A stretch of DNA of 63,753 bases, filler included, from Octopus bimaculoides (Eukaryota): NCBI RefSeq assembly GCF_001194135.2. It is 6 parts of 5 records of this genome, joined end to end, with 100 filler letters (N's around TTAATTAATTAA, not from the genome) between each part and the next. Parts side by side here need not be neighbours in the genome. Positions count along the whole stretch, not along the records: positions 59,964 to 63,753 come from NW_026406432.1; 5 more parts are not named here. The stretch is one strand, 5' to 3'. The position numbers were made by a program, and so were the translations under genes. This document shows positions 62,691 to 63,753 of this stretch, in pieces (within the stretch, counting starts at the first letter, position 1; the number at the start of each line of letters is the position of its first letter). The notes beneath the pieces are model-generated. The model worked only from the letters and a program-made list of their open reading frames with translations, made no database searches and had not been told where the DNA came from.

Positions 62691-63009
62691 ACTTTTGTTT
62701 CTATTTTTGGAGCTTATGACCCTTTTTGCGTTCATGACTCTTTTTATTTATGGGTTTATAACACTATATGGGAGAAAGGGTGATACACCCATAAACAATC
62801 TAGACTATCTGAAGCCCTTAATGGGTCGTAAGGTACAGATGATGAAATATACTCGAACCGGGAATATTTTCCACATAAATAGCCTCCAACGAGGGTCATT
62901 TGCTGACAACCTACTCTCAGACACATACTTAGACAATCAATTTCTGTGCACAAGCCATAAATTACACAAACACAAAACATAAAAATAAAATAAACTTACT
63001 CATGTGCTC

Positions 63010-63087
63010 TCTATTATAGTTTCGGACTACCAAAGCCTCCTGAAGTCTTGTGAGTGGGCTTGGTAGGCGGAAACTGAAAGAAGCCCG

Positions 63088-63092
<5 letters not shown>
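63010..63092 (+). mobile_element. SINE family A, internal fragment
   Basis: ctattatagtttcggactaccaaagcc..ttgtgagtgggcttggtaggcggaaactgaaagaagcccgtcgta. Confidence 0.75.
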
Positions 63093-63143
<51 letters not shown>

Positions 63144-63153
63144 NNNNNNNNNN

Positions 63154-63186
<33 letters not shown>

Positions 63187-63297
63187 AACATATGACCAGA
63201 TAATTATTACCTTTGATGGTTTTTTATTCCCATGATGGACACCTGATAGAATCGGTATTTAAATATCGATCTTAACCTCATTTATATAAATTGATAT

Positions 63298-63753
63298 ATT
63301 TATTTCGTCATTATATTCACTGCGGTGATATTCTGACCATATCGCACGAGGAGTTTTTAGACGGGCAATTTAAACTGGTCCTGTACGTATGTACATATAT
63401 ATGTATGTATACTTTCGGATATGTAAGCATACCGTATGTTGTCTAAATATATATTTGTATTTATGTGCTTTTCTGAGTGTATTCCACTGATGAAGACAGA
63501 GCATTTCTTACACAGAGCCAGAAATCTGGGATCTGGAATTGTCCAGTAATTTTTTACTAGTTCATTTTGTCTCTTCGTCTTCTCTCCTGGTGCTACATGA
63601 ACATTTAATGTGGTTTTAAAGTAACGTTTTGACTGCTATTTCCAGCGTGGTGGAATCTCTTAGATACCCTAAGTTACGTTTTGTTGCCCGTCTAAAACCT
63701 CCTCGTGCGATATGGTCAGAATATCATCGCAGTGAATATAATGACGAAATAAA
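63298..63753. mobile_element. Foldback/MITE-like element with at least 70-bp inverted arms (right arm runs off the window)
   Basis: tttatttcgtcattatattcactgcggtgatattctgaccatatcgcacgaggagtttttagacgggcaa (63298-63368) is the near-perfect reverse complement of 63684-63753. Confidence 0.85.

Overview
An AT-rich, microsatellite-saturated animal genomic window from a gapped draft scaffold. The SINE families and repeat style suggest an octopus/coleoid cephalopod, which is an inference. Only one host protein-coding exon is supportable: a 274-nt internal T-box exon (3700-3973, +) of the Tbx1/10 (org-1) subfamily with clean splice sites. No preceding or following T-box exon is visible, so the rest is probably intron. 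It is filled with decayed transposons: many Tc1/mariner relics, a pogo-like relic, MITEs, a Penelope-like element, RTE, CR1-group and Dong/R4 LINE fragments, a Gypsy-like LTR relic, and at least four tRNA-headed SINE families. Almost all other ORFs in the track are microsatellite or N-gap artefacts. The most interesting signals are RNA-level. (i) Minimal type-I hammerhead ribozymes with palindromic stem III, one carried inside a tRNA-headed SINE (14616-14661, -) and one intact on the Tbx1 sense strand (20503-20631). (ii) A LINE 3' UTR that matches the 3' tail and hairpin of the dominant SINE. (iii) An RTE insertion with twin-priming-type 5' inversion architecture. (iv) A locally duplicated CpG-rich intronic module. 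All alignments and folds were done by eye, and repeat boundaries are approximate.
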